In this document: piece after piece, positions 1-8,477 of the stretch
Position numbering within the stretch: the stretch's first letter is position 1
Layout of the letters: each line of letters opens with the position of its first letter
From: a virus
Taxonomy: Duplodnaviria; Caudoviricetes
Virus record (IMG/VR): IMGVR_UViG_3300048575_000506
Coordinates: 1-35,299 of that record
DNA: 35,299 nt
Strand: one strand, 5' to 3'
The notes under the pieces: generated by a model
The model's input: the letters and a program-made list of their open reading frames with translations, nothing else
The model's database searches: none
What the model was told of the DNA's origin: nothing
Made by a program: the position numbers and the translations under genes

Positions 1-561
1 ATGTGGCGCAAATACTTTCTCGTGTTGCTGTTCGCAGTCCTTTCGAGCAACCTCCATGCTGATTTCTATTACATCAGCCCGCCCATCTCATTGCACCACA
101 TGGCGGGCACGCCCGGCATCAGGTTCTACATCCGGTCGGATCAGGAAGCTCAGTACGGCGGCAATCACGGTTACAGCACGCTGCTGCACTTTGACCCGGC
201 TGTTTTTTCCAATCCGAGAATTTCGCCGCCACTCGATACCACCTGGGTGCATGCGGGGGGTGCGGAAGTGCACCCGGGTTACTTCCGCTTTTACGAACAG
301 CCCGACCCCTGCAAGCTGCTGGTGACCAATGGCACGGACGTTTCGACAGGGCCGAATGAGGCTTCGGCGGGGAATGAAGTGTTGGCGGTGATCGAACTGA
401 ATGTCAATCCCGCCGCCGTGGGTACCTCAACCCTGACCTTCAGCCGATTGAAGATTACCGACGAAGAAGGCAATCTGAACTCGGGCACGAATTTCTCGTT
501 TGGCCCGGTCACGGTGAAAGTCAATATCAACGCCGCGCAAGGCTGGTCCTTGTACGAATAA
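1..561 (+). CDS. Secreted protein with signal peptide and cohesin-like beta-sandwich; host gene or moron
   Basis: N-terminal signal peptide MWRKYFLVLLFAVLSSNLHA; cohesin-like segments LHFDPAVF and VLAVIELNV...GTSTLTF; aromatic C-terminus GWSLYE; convergent with the phage late genes (14-bp gap). Confidence 0.55.
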   Translation: MWRKYFLVLLFAVLSSNLHADFYYISPPISLHHMAGTPGIRFYIRSDQEAQYGGNHGYSTLLHFDPAVFSNPRISPPLDTTWVHAGGAEVHPGYFRFYEQPDPCKLLVTNGTDVSTGPNEASAGNEVLAVIELNVNPAAVGTSTLTFSRLKITDEEGNLNSGTNFSFGPVTVKVNINAAQGWSLYE

Positions 562-575
562 GCCCACGCGCGCGC

Positions 576-3500
576 TCAGAGGGTACCCTGCCGCAGGCGG
601 AAGAGCAGACGGCGGCGGGCATAGACAAGGCCCTGAGCATACGCTTTGGCGAGCAGTTCGACCTGCGCGTCGGGCTGTGCCCGCTGGATGCGCAGCAGTT
701 CCGCGCGCACGAGCTGGGCGCGTTCCTCGCCGACCAGTTCCAGATACCGATCATATTGCCGATCCGCCAGCCGATGCTTTTCTCCGCGCTCGTCGGTCAC
801 GACGCGCGTGGGGACGCTGGGCAGGGCTTGGGGATCGAGCGTGTTTTCCCAAACCTGCCGGCCGATGGTGGCCACGAAATCGCGTGGGGCGCTCTGGAGC
901 TTCAGGATATCCAGCAAATGATAAAGGTAGGGATTGGCCCCACCCGGCGTGCGGCGGATCGGCCGCCCCCACAGGTCGCGCTTGGGGGTCAAATCATCAG
1001 TCAGGTTGAGCTTGGCTTTGACCACATTGCGGAGTGTCTGTTCTTTGTCGCCGCTGCGCAGTTCGGGGACATAGGTTTGCTGAGTGTTGCCGACCGCCGA
1101 GACGGTGTTGGGAATGGCCAGCGCCGTGACGGCCTCCAGGTAAGAGCGCTGCCAGTGATCGAAGCGGTTTTCGGCCAGCGCTTCCAGCAGCGTCAGATTG
1201 CCTTTCAGAAATGACTGTTGCAGGAGCGCGCCGCCCAGTTCGGGCAGGTTGCCGGCCAGCGCGGCGCCCCACGAGAGCGGCGCGAATGATTTACCCGCCA
1301 GCCGCGCCTCTTTCAGGTCGTGCCAATGGCGGTTGGCCATGATCGAGAGCGCCAGCCCCATGAAGCCCAGCTTGTCATATTTGGCCAGCGTGTCCCCATC
1401 GCGGAACGCCGCGTCGCCCCCCTTGAGCCAGCGAATGAGGCCCGAGAGATTGAGCCGGTTGGGCAGCAGCCCCGCATACTGCGCCCCGCGCAGTTTTTCA
1501 TCCCTGTCGGGGTCGCCCATCGCGAGCCCCAGCGAGACGAGCAGGTGCGCGGCACTCAGCATCGTCATGCCGGTCACGAGTCGCCCCATGGAGAGCAGCG
1601 CGGCGCGCCGGTTGCCGCGCGCGGCGTGATAAAGCATTTGAGCGGCGGGCAGCGGCGGGACGAGATATTGCGCCCCTTCCCAAACGATATTGAGCGGCGT
1701 TTTGACGTACGGCGCCAGCGGCGTCATGAACAGCGCGTCCAGGTAGGCGCCGAGCCACGGAATCTCGCGCACGGCGGCTTTCAGGGCATAGACGGCGCTG
1801 GCGGCTTGGTTGTCCTGTTGATAGACGGAAGCGGTGGCGCGCTCCAGCGCCAGCCGCGCGCTGGCCGCGTCGGGGCTGAGCATGAATTTCTGGAGCGCGT
1901 CGCCGGAGAGCCCGCTCAGGCGCCCCAATTCATCCAGCGCCATGGCATGCGCGGCCGTCTTGAACACCTGATCCCCGGCGGCCAGCCCCCGGAACATGAT
2001 TTCGGGCGCCACGCCGAGCGTGGCCTCGACCGCCTTTTTCAGCCGGTCGGCCAAAGGGACGCGCCCCGTGGCGTCCACCAGGTTGTGCTCCAGATTGAAC
2101 GTTTGCAGCAAGGCACGCCACGGATGGAAACCGCGCGCAATGTCGGGCATGCTTGCGCCGTCCGGCAACACGCCAGAAGGCAGCATGCGGGCGGCCTGAC
2201 CCGCGCCTCGCTTGGCACCGGCGGCCCATGCACCGGCGCCCGAGAGCGGACCTTTCACTGTGCGCGGCTTGCCCGTGGCCATGGTCAGCGTGGCATCGGC
2301 CATCGAGGCCAGCGCTTGCGCCAGCGCACGCGGCGGGCCATTGACGGCATTGCCCAGCACGTTCGCGACTTGCGAAAGCGGCGTCAGCAGGTTGCCTTGG
2401 ATAAATGCCGTCAGGTGATTGCCGAGTCTGGTTGGCGAGAGCACTTGAATCTTGAGCAACAGCTTGCGGCTGGCCAGCTCCGCCGCCAGCAGGGCGTTAG
2501 CGTGTTGCATCGCGTGGAGATCATCAAAGTTTTTGAGGTACTCAGCTTCCGCCACACGCAGTGCCGCGCGCGCTTTGAAATCGGCATCAATTAAATCCGT
2601 CAGCACCTTGCGGGCGGGCGGGGTCATGTAACGCCCCTTGCCCCTCCAATTCGCTTCGAGCATGGCCAGCAGGCCCGCCGGGGTGCTGGTCTTGATTTCG
2701 GCGAACTGGCGTAAAAGCTGCGCCACCGGCGTGCCGATGTTGGCCAGCGTTTCCACCACGTCCGCCACCGACTGGCCGCGCGCGTGGCGGCGGCTCAGCA
2801 GTTCGATGCCCGCCTTGACGGCGGCATTCTCGCGGCTCAGCACATCCTGCAACTGCCGGCGCTTGTGCTGGATCATTTGTTCCAGGTCGGCGTCGCTCAT
2901 TTGTGCCAGTACGGCATTGAGCTGCTGGTAACGTTGCGGGGCGTAATAATTTTCAGGGCTGAAGGCGATGGCCGTCTGGTCGGCGGCGAATTTCGGATCG
3001 GCGGCCATGCGCTCGGCGAAGCCGCGCGGCTGGTAATCCGCGCCGGGCTGCTGCTCGCGCGCCTCGACCCGCGCTTGCGCCAGCGGGTCCAGGTCGGCGT
3101 ACGCCATCACGCGCGCGCCGCGCTGGGTTTTTACTTCTCCGGCGGTTGGTGCTTGCGCTTCGCTTGAGCCTTGCGAGCGTTGCGCCGGGCGAACATGGCC
3201 TCCACGGCCTGATCTTCGATGGCCGAGAAATTCGAGTAATCTTTTTGTGGGGTTGTCGGGGGTTCCGCCGAGGTATTGGGGCGGTTGTCCGAAGGGGACG
3301 TCGTTGGAGTAGTGGGCATAGCTGTCAAAACCTCCTAACCTGACGAATTCATGATAAACGTTCAGGGGTTTGTTGCCTACAACATTAAAGATATAGACCG
3401 GATCGACGAAGCGGCCGGAAGCGACAAAGCGGTCGAACGCGCGCCGCACGGCCTTGTCCGCGTCCAGATGATTGAGCACCAGGTGCACTTCATAGTTGGC

Positions 3501-6500
3501 CGCCTTCAGATTGGTCAGGCGCGTCATGATCGATTTGGGATTGTCGCCCACCAGCGGCCAGACGAGATTGACGCCCTGTTCGACGGCCTGACCCGCGACG
3601 GCCGCCGCGACTTGGCTGGAGGCCTCATGCACGGCAAACGTGCCCGCCCCGCCCCGGAAATTGGCGAATTTACGTTTGGCGATATCGGAGTCGATCAGCA
3701 AGGCGCCGTAATGCTCCGAAAGCGGATCGGCGAGTGTGGACTTGCCGGCCGCCGAGGGACCAATCACGAGAAAAGCGGTTTTTTCAAATTTGAGGCCGCT
3801 GTGGGGCACGCCCCCGCCGACGCCGGGCTTGATCGCTTCTTCGTTTTTTTCCTGTTTGAGCCGCAGCAGGTCATGCACCGCGCGCCGGCGCTCCTCGTGC
3901 GTGGCGGCCTGTTCGCCCAGCTCGTTGGCGAGGCGATTCTGTTTTTCGCGTTCGGCGTAAGCCTGTTCCTTTTCCCGCTCCGTTAAAGAATCCGGGAGCG
4001 GATCGCGTTTCCCGTACTGGAACTTGGGGAACAGATCGGGCTGGGACGCGGCAGCGGGGGATGCCTGCGGCGCTCGCGGCGCCGGGCGTGGCAACTTGGC
4101 CGAGGGCTCCGGTCCGCTGAAGAAATCGCCCATGCCGGGGATACGCTCAGCCGGGCCGAGTTTGGCATTCACGCTGGGGGTGCCGACCTGATCCATGGTC
4201 GGCCGGATAAAATCGGCTTGCGCGGGTGCGCTGGCGGAAGGCGGCGCCAGCGCGGCTTGCCGATCCGTCATGATCGCGCCTAAATCATCGGCGCCGTTTA
4301 CAGCTTGTCGCGCATTTGCTGATAATGGCGGGCGAGAATCTTGTCCGGGTGATTTTCCGGCAGGCTGTCCCACCACTGATCGAACACTTCGGACGCCTGC
4401 TGCATGTCGGAGCGTAGTGATTCGATTTCGGAGGGTGTCAATTGACGCGAAGTGCCGGTAGAGGGCGGCAAGTTGTCCGTGGGTGAGGTGTCGGATGGAT
4501 TGGGCGAGGTCATAGACGGATAATACTCCTGCGAGGTTGCCAAGGCCAAATTTTTTGTCAACGCGGGCCAGCAGGTCGGCCGAGGGCGTCAGGTGCTTGC
4601 CCGACCCGGCCCACGGCGCAAAGGTGGTCGCCAGCGTCGTGGCGTCCACCACCTTGCCGCCGTGCGATTCAAGATATTCGCGTAGCGCCTGCAAGGTGGC
4701 GCCGGTGGTCGCGACATCATCGACCAAAATATATTCCTGCCCCGGCGTGACGGGACCGTCGAATTCCGGTTGGCGCAGCAGCCGCTCCAGTGGTCCGGCG
4801 TCGGTGTGCCGTGTTTCATTGGTTTGCACAATGTTAGTGACGATGGGCAGGCCGCTGAAGCGACTGGTGTATTTGGCCAGCGCGAGCGGCAGTTTGTTTT
4901 TGCCTGTCGCCTCCTGGGCGTGAACCGGCACCAGCATGGCGCGGGGATGCTGGCGGCCCAGTTGATAAGCGCGGTCGCGCTTGATCAGCCGTTGCACGAC
5001 CTGCGCCGCTGCTTGCATGTTCCCCTGTTTGGCCGCCGCATAGTCCGGGTGTGCTTTCATCGTCTGGATCAGCGTGTGAATCGTGGCGTCGGGAAAATCT
5101 TCCGGCCACGGTTCCACGGGGTAGGAGCCGCGCGGCTTTTGGAATTTGAGTTCGCCGTGGCCCGCCCAGGCGCGCAGCACATCGAGCGGTTGCGCCGCGC
5201 CCAGCAGCGAGTCTTCCCCGGCCTGCGCCTTGAAGACGAAATCGCGCAGCGCGTCGCGCAACTGGTTGGGCTTGTGCAGCACGTCGGCCAGCTTGGCGCC
5301 GATCAGCGTTTCTTCTTCCGTGGCGGGCGAAACCCAGTCTTGCGTGGCCTTCAGGTCGGCGTAAGTCCTGGCCCCCTTTTCGGCCATCGAGCGGGCCAGC
5401 CGGTAGAGCGGGCCGGCGAGGTCATAGGCGGGGGGGAGCTTGCCGCCGGCAACGGCCAGCTTGAGCCCCAAGAGGGACGGCAAGGCTTTCGTGATGCTGC
5501 CGCGCAGGCCCCGGTTTTCCTCCAGAAACCGCAACGCGGCGCGCTGCTGCGGTCCCTCGAAGGCTTTGGCCAAAAGCGCCTGTTCCAGGAGACTCTTGCC
5601 CACGTCGGTCAGGCGCCCCTGCGGGTCAACGAACACTGAGCGGTTCTGATGCGTGAAGGCGCGCGCGCGATTCATGCTGCCGACGAATTCGCGTGTCACG
5701 CGCGGGTCGCCGAGCGCCTCGCGCAGCGTCGTGTCGTCGTCCAACTCCAGCGCCGCGATACTGGCCAGCGGCACACGGCCGGCGGTCGAAATCGCCTGGC
5801 TGGTAAGGTCAAGCGCCTTGGTGCCGGTGTCATTGGCCTGGTCGGCAAACTCGCGCCAGCGCGCGCGGGGCAGGCCCGTCAGTTCGCGCACCAGCACCGG
5901 CGCGCGCATCCGCTCAATCCGCGCGCGGTCCAGCCCATACTCATCGGCGGAGCGCAGCAAATGCTGCTGGTAGGCTTGCAGCTTGGCGGGCTGATTAAAA
6001 GCGCGTTGCAACGTCATCGCGCGCCCATTGCCCGCCAGCACGTAACCTTCGGGCGTCACCACCGGCGGGCCGTTTTCCGGCCCCAGGTCGCGCGTAATCA
6101 CCAGCCGGGGATCGAGCCGCGCGGCGTTGCGCAGCACCTTTTCCTGTTCGGCCGGATCGGTTTCATAATCGCGCGGCTGCAGCTCGCGCGTGTAATCGGC
6201 GCGCGGCCGGAAGGTTTGCGCGTCATTGGAGGGGATCAGCTCGGCCGCTTCGCGCACGCGGTAGCGGATCGGGTGGTCTTCCTCAGTGTTGGGATGCCGA
6301 TAAACCGAGGCGTTGCCAAAGTCGGGGGCAGCGGCGCCCGTCACCGGGGCTACCGGTGCGGCCGGGCCGGGCGCCGGCTCCCCGCGCAATTGGCCCTGCC
6401 GATATTCGATCAGCAGCTCAGCCGCGCGCTGGCGCGCCGCTTCCAGACCGGACTCTTTGACCCACGCTTCGGCGTTGTAGGCGCGCGCCAGCCGCGACTT

Positions 6501-8459
6501 GAGCGTCTGCACCAGATTAACAAAAATGCGGGCGACGTGGCGAAAGATCGACGGCTCGCCCTGCGCCAGCCGGTCCCAAAAACGGGGGTCGCGAATCTGC
6601 TGGCCGAGAAAATCGCCCGAGAATTCGGAGAGCGCGTTGTCCAGCGACATTTGCGGCTCATCGTGGAAGCGCGCATAATCGAGGCGCAATTGGGCCGGGT
6701 CGTTGGCGTGCGTCAGCAGCGCCGCGCGCACGGCCTTGACGCGCTCGTGATCGGCGCCCAGTTCGCTCTGGATCGCTTCCCACAGTTCATGACCGACCAC
6801 AAAACTGGCCTGATTCTCCCCGCGCGCATTGATGAAGAGTTGCCCGGGCTGCGCGGGATCATAGGCGCCGTTGAAATAGGGGGCGCCTGCGGTTTGCTCG
6901 ACAAACAGCGCATTCTTGCCGAAAGTATTGGCGACTAAGGCCGCGTATTCGAGTTCGGGGCCGGCGGGTCCGCTGTAAGGTCGGAGGCTGCGGATGCCTC
7001 GTTCATAGTCGGCGGCGCGAGCGTCGCCCCGTTTTCCCGCAACAGATTGTAGACTGGATTTTTGCAGTTGGGCAATGGCTCGCCATGCTGGTCCGTCCGT
7101 TTCGGAACGTTCAGAATGACGCGGCCCAGGAACAGGCGTGGCATGGGTGGGTGCTCCTTGTGTCGGCCCTGATGCTGCCACATTTGACCCTGTTTGTTCA
7201 ACTGGAACTTGAACGGGTTCTTGCGGGCGCAGGGGGGCGGCCGGGACCGGCTGCTGAATCACGGGGGCTGGCGCCGTGGCCGGTTGCGCGGGCGGCGCCA
7301 TGGGTTGAGTGGTTGCCGCTGCCGGTTGTGCGGGTAGCGCGGGCGGTGCGGCTTTGGTCTGCGGTACCTGCGGCGCCGTTTGCGGCAGCGCCTTTTGAGG
7401 CGGCGCCGTTGTCGGCGTGAGGTGTTGCGCGAAGGCGCCCCCCGCGCCGAAGAGACCGCCCGAGAAGGCGCCAAGCACCCCCGCCTCAAGCTGTTCCTGA
7501 CGGCTGGCGCCCTGCGCGCGCGGGTCAAGTTGCTGCGCCGCAATGCCCGGCGTCGTTTGCTCAAAGGCTTCCGTCGCGCCTTCAATCGCGCCCGCCGTTC
7601 CCGCCCGCACGGCCGCCTTTTTGAACAGCCCTTTGGCCGGTTCCTTCACCACGCGGCCCGCCATCGCTTCAAACGGCAGCACGCCCCCCACCAGCGCGTT
7701 GACCACGCCCGAGCCCAGCGCCGAGGTGGCCGCGAACTGGTGCGCCTGTGCCGGTTGGTAGCCCAGGCGCAGGAATTCCTGATAGAGGTCGGGGTAGTTG
7801 CTCCCCATTTCGGAGAGGCCATAGACGGCGGGGCCGACGAGCGGCGCGGCGGGACCGCTGGCCAGCGTGGCGCCCAGCCCCACACCGGTTTGCATCATCG
7901 ACTCCGGGCCGCGCGCGGCCAGCCAGCGCGGGTCGACAAAGCGCCCGAGGTCTTGGCGCGCGGCCAGGTCGGGCGCGAGCGGATACTTTTCGCGCGCCTG
8001 CGCCTGCCCCGCCATGATCAGCGCCGCGCCGCGCTCGCTGAGCGTGGGCGCCGGTGCTTGAATCGGCACCGGCTGCCCGGCCAGTTGCACCCCCGGCTCA
8101 AGCCCCACGGGCTGTTGTTGATTCATGAACAGCCGGGGCCGCCCCGCGCCGAGCAGGGCCGAGTGCGCGGGCGGGCTGAAAATCCCGGCGGCAGCGGTGC
8201 GGGTTGCTGTCTCCGGCACCATCATGCCCGCGCCCACCGGCGTCGTGCCCGCCTGCGCCGCGCCGCGTTCAAACGAACGCCAGCCCTGGCGCAGCGTGTC
8301 GGCGAAATAGCCCAGCGGATTACCCGTCAGCGTGGGCGCGGGCGGAGTATCGAGGGGGGCTACCTGATAGCCGCCGATTTCGGCAGGCAAAGTCACCTGC
8401 GCCCCCGGCTGGGTTGGGGCATCCAGCGGCGCCACCTCATAACCATTGATTGTTGTCAT
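576..8459 (-). CDS. Giant polyvalent internal-virion/ejected protein: degenerate zincin-like, DdrB-like ParB, phosphoribosyltransferase, zeta-toxin-like P-loop kinase, helical C-terminal region
   Basis: 2627 aa. FNGAYDP...GHELWE (~6400-6950); ELQPRDY...GPPVV..GYVLAGNGR (~5570-6280); YILVDDVATTGATL (~4400-5120); GPSAAGKST...IDSD...SGRFVDP (~3290-3790); last gene of the ejection cluster. Confidence 0.85.
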   Translation of the reverse strand: MTTINGYEVAPLDAPTQPGAQVTLPAEIGGYQVAPLDTPPAPTLTGNPLGYFADTLRQGWRSFERGAAQAGTTPVGAGMMVPETATRTAAAGIFSPPAHSALLGAGRPRLFMNQQQPVGLEPGVQLAGQPVPIQAPAPTLSERGAALIMAGQAQAREKYPLAPDLAARQDLGRFVDPRWLAARGPESMMQTGVGLGATLASGPAAPLVGPAVYGLSEMGSNYPDLYQEFLRLGYQPAQAHQFAATSALGSGVVNALVGGVLPFEAMAGRVVKEPAKGLFKKAAVRAGTAGAIEGATEAFEQTTPGIAAQQLDPRAQGASRQEQLEAGVLGAFSGGLFGAGGAFAQHLTPTTAPPQKALPQTAPQVPQTKAAPPALPAQPAAATTQPMAPPAQPATAPAPVIQQPVPAAPLRPQEPVQVPVEQTGSNVAASGPTQGAPTHATPVPGPRHSERSETDGPAWRAIAQLQKSSLQSVAGKRGDARAADYERGIRSLRPYSGPAGPELEYAALVANTFGKNALFVEQTAGAPYFNGAYDPAQPGQLFINARGENQASFVVGHELWEAIQSELGADHERVKAVRAALLTHANDPAQLRLDYARFHDEPQMSLDNALSEFSGDFLGQQIRDPRFWDRLAQGEPSIFRHVARIFVNLVQTLKSRLARAYNAEAWVKESGLEAARQRAAELLIEYRQGQLRGEPAPGPAAPVAPVTGAAAPDFGNASVYRHPNTEEDHPIRYRVREAAELIPSNDAQTFRPRADYTRELQPRDYETDPAEQEKVLRNAARLDPRLVITRDLGPENGPPVVTPEGYVLAGNGRAMTLQRAFNQPAKLQAYQQHLLRSADEYGLDRARIERMRAPVLVRELTGLPRARWREFADQANDTGTKALDLTSQAISTAGRVPLASIAALELDDDTTLREALGDPRVTREFVGSMNRARAFTHQNRSVFVDPQGRLTDVGKSLLEQALLAKAFEGPQQRAALRFLEENRGLRGSITKALPSLLGLKLAVAGGKLPPAYDLAGPLYRLARSMAEKGARTYADLKATQDWVSPATEEETLIGAKLADVLHKPNQLRDALRDFVFKAQAGEDSLLGAAQPLDVLRAWAGHGELKFQKPRGSYPVEPWPEDFPDATIHTLIQTMKAHPDYAAAKQGNMQAAAQVVQRLIKRDRAYQLGRQHPRAMLVPVHAQEATGKNKLPLALAKYTSRFSGLPIVTNIVQTNETRHTDAGPLERLLRQPEFDGPVTPGQEYILVDDVATTGATLQALREYLESHGGKVVDATTLATTFAPWAGSGKHLTPSADLLARVDKKFGLGNLAGVLSVYDLAQSIRHLTHGQLAALYRHFASIDTLRNRITTLRHAAGVRSVRSVVGQPAGKSPGQDSRPPLSANARQAVNGADDLGAIMTDRQAALAPPSASAPAQADFIRPTMDQVGTPSVNAKLGPAERIPGMGDFFSGPEPSAKLPRPAPRAPQASPAAASQPDLFPKFQYGKRDPLPDSLTEREKEQAYAEREKQNRLANELGEQAATHEERRRAVHDLLRLKQEKNEEAIKPGVGGGVPHSGLKFEKTAFLVIGPSAAGKSTLADPLSEHYGALLIDSDIAKRKFANFRGGAGTFAVHEASSQVAAAVAGQAVEQGVNLVWPLVGDNPKSIMTRLTNLKAANYEVHLVLNHLDADKAVRRAFDRFVASGRFVDPVYIFNVVGNKPLNVYHEFVRLGGFDSYAHYSNDVPFGQPPQYLGGTPDNPTKRLLEFLGHRRSGRGGHVRPAQRSQGSSEAQAPTAGEVKTQRGARVMAYADLDPLAQARVEAREQQPGADYQPRGFAERMAADPKFAADQTAIAFSPENYYAPQRYQQLNAVLAQMSDADLEQMIQHKRRQLQDVLSRENAAVKAGIELLSRRHARGQSVADVVETLANIGTPVAQLLRQFAEIKTSTPAGLLAMLEANWRGKGRYMTPPARKVLTDLIDADFKARAALRVAEAEYLKNFDDLHAMQHANALLAAELASRKLLLKIQVLSPTRLGNHLTAFIQGNLLTPLSQVANVLGNAVNGPPRALAQALASMADATLTMATGKPRTVKGPLSGAGAWAAGAKRGAGQAARMLPSGVLPDGASMPDIARGFHPWRALLQTFNLEHNLVDATGRVPLADRLKKAVEATLGVAPEIMFRGLAAGDQVFKTAAHAMALDELGRLSGLSGDALQKFMLSPDAASARLALERATASVYQQDNQAASAVYALKAAVREIPWLGAYLDALFMTPLAPYVKTPLNIVWEGAQYLVPPLPAAQMLYHAARGNRRAALLSMGRLVTGMTMLSAAHLLVSLGLAMGDPDRDEKLRGAQYAGLLPNRLNLSGLIRWLKGGDAAFRDGDTLAKYDKLGFMGLALSIMANRHWHDLKEARLAGKSFAPLSWGAALAGNLPELGGALLQQSFLKGNLTLLEALAENRFDHWQRSYLEAVTALAIPNTVSAVGNTQQTYVPELRSGDKEQTLRNVVKAKLNLTDDLTPKRDLWGRPIRRTPGGANPYLYHLLDILKLQSAPRDFVATIGRQVWENTLDPQALPSVPTRVVTDERGEKHRLADRQYDRYLELVGEERAQLVRAELLRIQRAQPDAQVELLAKAYAQGLVYARRRLLFRLRQGTL
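3131..3319 (-). CDS. Overprinted +1-frame small protein (62 aa) overlapping the end of the zeta-like kinase domain
   Basis: AGGAGG at 3336-3331, 11 nt before ATG 3319; product MPTTPTTS...DYSNFSAIEDQAVEAMFARRNARK; host frame uses rare AT-rich codons here (AGG TTA GGA). Confidence 0.55.
   Translation of the reverse strand: MPTTPTTSPSDNRPNTSAEPPTTPQKDYSNFSAIEDQAVEAMFARRNARKAQAKRKHQPPEK
4298..4513 (-). CDS. Overprinted +1-frame small protein (71 aa) overlapping the end of the PRTase domain
   Basis: AGGAG at 4530-4526, 12 nt before ATG 4513; amphipathic helix LTPSEIESLRSDMQQASEVFDQWWDSL; local GC dip. Confidence 0.6.
   Translation of the reverse strand: MTSPNPSDTSPTDNLPPSTGTSRQLTPSEIESLRSDMQQASEVFDQWWDSLPENHPDKILARHYQQMRDKL
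6935..7144 (-). CDS. Overprinted +1-frame small protein (69 aa) just upstream of the zincin-like domain
   Basis: AAGGAG at 7159-7154, 9 nt before ATG 7144; product MPRLFLGRVILNVPKRTDQHGEPLPNCKNPVYNLLRENG...; local GC dip. Confidence 0.5.
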   Translation of the reverse strand: MPRLFLGRVILNVPKRTDQHGEPLPNCKNPVYNLLRENGATLAPPTMNEASAASDLTADPPAPNSNTRP

Positions 8460-8477
8460 CGCTGCGCTGTGTCCGTG

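Noticed and set aside
562-575. att site at the left boundary
   Set aside because: No matching repeat found; the window ends at the integrase stop, so the partner site is likely outside it
751-2233. Other alternative-frame ORFs within the giant gene
   Set aside because: No convincing SD seen, no local codon shift, and shadow-like composition, unlike the three retained ORFs
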